A DNA stretch of 64,000 bases from an uncultured Clostridia bacterium (GTDB lineage Bacteria > Bacillota > Clostridia > Christensenellales > UBA1242). The position numbers and the translations under genes are program-made. Position 1 is the stretch's first letter, and each line of letters begins with the position of its first letter. Where the stretch lies: the NCBI GenBank assembly GCA_944384375.1, contig CALWTE010000017.1, positions 1,344-65,343 on the forward strand, given 5' to 3'. Below the pieces are notes generated by a model, which saw only the letters and a list, made by a program, of their open reading frames with translations, searched no databases and was not told the DNA's origin. Of the stretch, positions 61,687-64,000 are shown one piece after another.

Positions 61687-62676
61687 TTGGAAGAAAAATA
61701 TATCCCACCTTATGATATAACAGATGAAATGCTGGAAATCGTTTCTCAAATTATGGAAAATTTGGGGAAATTAAGTAATGTTAATGAATTAGAACGCTTA
61801 CCCAAACTTCGTAGAATCAATAGAATAAAATCTATTTATTCGTCTCTGGCAATTGAAAATAATACTCTTACTATGGAACAGGTTACTGATATTATTGACG
61901 GAAAAAGAATTTTAGGCCCGCAAGAAGATATTTTAGCAGTTAAAAATGCAAATTTTGCATATAAAGAATTAGAAAATATTAATCCCTTTAGTATCAATGA
62001 TTTGCTGAAAATTCACAAAACTATGATGAACGGTTTGGTACTAGAAGCGGGGCAAATTAGAACTAAACAAGTTGGCGTCTACAACGAAAAAGGCGATGTT
62101 GTGCATATGGCACCGCCTACTGATATGGTAAACAGTTTGCTTGCACAGCTTTTTAGTTGGGTGGAAAATTCTTCGGCAAATATGTTGATAAAATCTTGCG
62201 TTTTCCATTATGAATTTGAATTTATCCACCCGTTTTGCGATGGTAACGGGAGAATGGGCAGATTTTGGCAAACAGCGCTTTTGTCTAAATGGAAATCAAT
62301 TTTTGCGTGGATACCTATTGAAAGTATAATAAAAGATAATCAAGAAAGTTATTATCGGGCAATTACTTTATCTACAAGTCAGGGGAAATCTAATATTTTC
62401 ATTTTGTTTATGCTTAATTGCCTAAATGAAGCAATTCAAAACATTATAAACGATACAAAAAATCACGTAAATCATATGAATAACCAAATAACCAAATTAT
62501 TAGAAGTAATAGAATTTTACCCGCAATCTGCTGTTGAACTTATGCAAAAATTAAATTTAAAGTCACGTATAAGTTTTGTGCAAAATTACATTAAACCCGC
62601 TCTAGAAATGGGCTTGATTGAAATGACTGAACCAGATAAACCAACTAGCAAAAACCAAAAATACTATAAAAAATAA
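61687..62676 (+). CDS. Fic family protein (canonical HPFxxGNGR, N-terminal SxxxEN inhibitory-helix-like motif)
   Basis: 'FIHPFCDGNGRMGRFW' and 'SSLAIENN'. Apparent TTG start at 61687 behind gaggtag. Confidence 0.8.
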   Translation: MEEKYIPPYDITDEMLEIVSQIMENLGKLSNVNELERLPKLRRINRIKSIYSSLAIENNTLTMEQVTDIIDGKRILGPQEDILAVKNANFAYKELENINPFSINDLLKIHKTMMNGLVLEAGQIRTKQVGVYNEKGDVVHMAPPTDMVNSLLAQLFSWVENSSANMLIKSCVFHYEFEFIHPFCDGNGRMGRFWQTALLSKWKSIFAWIPIESIIKDNQESYYRAITLSTSQGKSNIFILFMLNCLNEAIQNIINDTKNHVNHMNNQITKLLEVIEFYPQSAVELMQKLNLKSRISFVQNYIKPALEMGLIEMTEPDKPTSKNQKYYKK

Positions 62677-62727
62677 AAATGTGAAACAAATTGAAAAAAT
62701 TTTATCAAAAATGTTTCACATATAGAA
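62675..62727. repeat. IR element U3: ATGTGAAACA-N23-TGTTTCACAT
   Basis: Arms at 62679-62688 and 62712-62721. Begins 3 nt after the Fic stop codon. Confidence 0.85.
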
Positions 62728-62767
62728 AATTAAGATTTACATAAAAATAATAAAATTCTTTAGTTTT

Positions 62768-62971
62768 CTAGTCTTTTAAAAAATCGGTAAATGATATTTC
62801 TGTAAAATTAAGCAGTTTTACAATATCCACTAAATCTATGTCTAAAGAATTATTCATTATTTTTAGCACCGTATCTTGTGGAATGTTACAAAGTTTGCAA
62901 AGAGTTTTTGCAGACATTTTGTGTTTTTCTAAGTAGTCTAGCAGTAGTTCTTTGTTGTAAATTTCTTCCAT
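62768..62971 (-). CDS. Small HTH (XRE-like) protein
   Basis: 67 aa; 'MSAKTLCKLCNIPQDTVLKIMNN'. RBS aaaaggagcgaaaaATG. Confidence 0.6.
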   Translation of the reverse strand: MEEIYNKELLLDYLEKHKMSAKTLCKLCNIPQDTVLKIMNNSLDIDLVDIVKLLNFTEISFTDFLKD

Positions 62972-63139
62972 TTTTCGCTCCTTTTATTTAATATAAAATG
63001 ACTATAACATATTTATTTAAAAATTTAGGGACATATTTGCAACCCTAGATGTTTTACATTTTCCATATTTTAGTGCAAAATTGATTGTTTATTTTTTGGT
63101 TTTCTTGTATAATTGATTTTACTAAGGGGGTAATATATA

Positions 63140-64000
63140 ATGCAAGAAAAAGAAAAGGAGAAAACACTTGCTCAAAGCGTAGAGCAGGACGGAAACGTTA
63201 ATAATCAAGTAGATAATCAAATAAATGGCGGCAATTTAGACAATAATTTAGGGCAAGAAAATAATAACAATTTAGACAATAATTCAATTCAAAAAATTGA
63301 AGAAATTCGCGAAAAAATAGAAAATGAACAAATAAATAATTTAAATTTACAAGACAGCGAAAACATAGAAAACGCACGAAACAATGCAGTTAAGTCTGCG
63401 AAAATTGCGGGTAACCCGCAAAAATCGGCAAGTAAACGACTAAATCAAGAGAGAGCGGCTTTTGAAGAACTAGACGCAAGATTAATGCAAGAAAGCAAGC
63501 AGGAATTTGATGTGCTTATTTTTAAAGGTTTTAATGATGATGAAATTTTTGTCCGTATTTGGGACAAAGTCCAAAATCCAAAAGGTGTGATTTTATTCAC
63601 TCACGGTATGGTAGAGCATGGGCTAAGATATAATGATTTTGGTAAATTCCTAAATTCTAGGGGATATATTTTGGTTCTGCCTGATTTGCGTGGACACGGT
63701 AAAACAGCGGGCGCGCCCGAACGTGTAGGGCAGTATGACGGCGATATGTTTAAGGACATTGTACGTGACAATATTAAGTTAGCCGACGAATTAATAATGC
63801 GCTACAATCTGCCTTTGATTGCGATGGGGCATAGTTATGGTAGTTTTATAACGCAAGATTTTATACAGAATTACCACAACCATTCGGCGGTAGTCTTGAT
63901 AGGTTCGTCTTGTTTTAAGGGAAAGTTAGACCACAAACTAGGCAAACTGGTGGCCGACATTACCGCGCTGTTCTGCGGACGAGAAGCAAAAGCAAAAATG
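63140..64000 (+). CDS. Alpha/beta hydrolase (lysophospholipase / monoacylglycerol-lipase-like) with an N/Q-rich N-terminal extension; 3' end outside the window
   Basis: Absent from the ORF track because there is no stop codon within the window. Hand translation gives 'VILFTHGMVEHGLRYNDFGKFL..LPDLRGHGKT..IAMGHSYGSF' (HG and GHSxG motifs). RBS aaggggg. Confidence 0.7.
   Translation, partial: MQEKEKEKTLAQSVEQDGNVNNQVDNQINGGNLDNNLGQENNNNLDNNSIQKIEEIREKIENEQINNLNLQDSENIENARNNAVKSAKIAGNPQKSASKRLNQERAAFEELDARLMQESKQEFDVLIFKGFNDDEIFVRIWDKVQNPKGVILFTHGMVEHGLRYNDFGKFLNSRGYILVLPDLRGHGKTAGAPERVGQYDGDMFKDIVRDNIKLADELIMRYNLPLIAMGHSYGSFITQDFIQNYHNHSAVVLIGSSCFKGKLDHKLGKLVADITALFCGREAKAKM

Noticed and set aside
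61362-62721. IR elements flanking the Fic gene considered as integron attC sites
   Set aside because: The arms do not fit the RYYYAAC/GTTRRRY core consensus, and no integrase or attI is present.

Overview
This window is a low-GC, Bacillota-like chromosomal segment carrying nearly the whole origin-proximal gene set: polA, recF, yyaC, rpmH-rnpA-yidD, yidC, parB-parA, rsmG-mnmG, mnmE, cvpA, dnaA, gyrA and gyrB. The order is scrambled. dnaA stands alone, with no dnaN and no flanking DnaA boxes. recF, dnaA and gyrBA are tens of kb apart, and the yidC-parBA-rsmG-mnmG block runs opposite to rpmH-rnpA-yidD. The standard code applies, since mnmE ends in TGA directly after its conserved C-terminal FCLGK. 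By hand tally about a quarter of the window is non-coding, including a 3.5-kb gene desert upstream of rpmH and a 1.6-kb desert between parA and rsmG. This non-coding DNA is highly organised: (1) DnaA-box clusters at 16.3-18.8 kb and four perfect boxes at 28.9-29.0 kb; (2) five parS sites; (3) helically phased A/T-tract arrays that form a loose repeat family; (4) a TTTTCAAT-repeat structured element in three loci; (5) a 28-bp palindrome present twice; (6) a 276-bp element bounded by terminal inverted repeats. Accessory content includes a giant GLUG/Listeria-Bacteroides-repeat surface protein, an AT-hook x4 + SDR fusion protein, two Fic/Doc genes bracketed by inverted repeats built from parS half-sites, XRE regulators, a Bro-N/DinD-like pseudogene, and SLOG/YpsA, MORN-like and GIY-YIG proteins. 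All product calls rest on motif recognition by eye; no searches were run.
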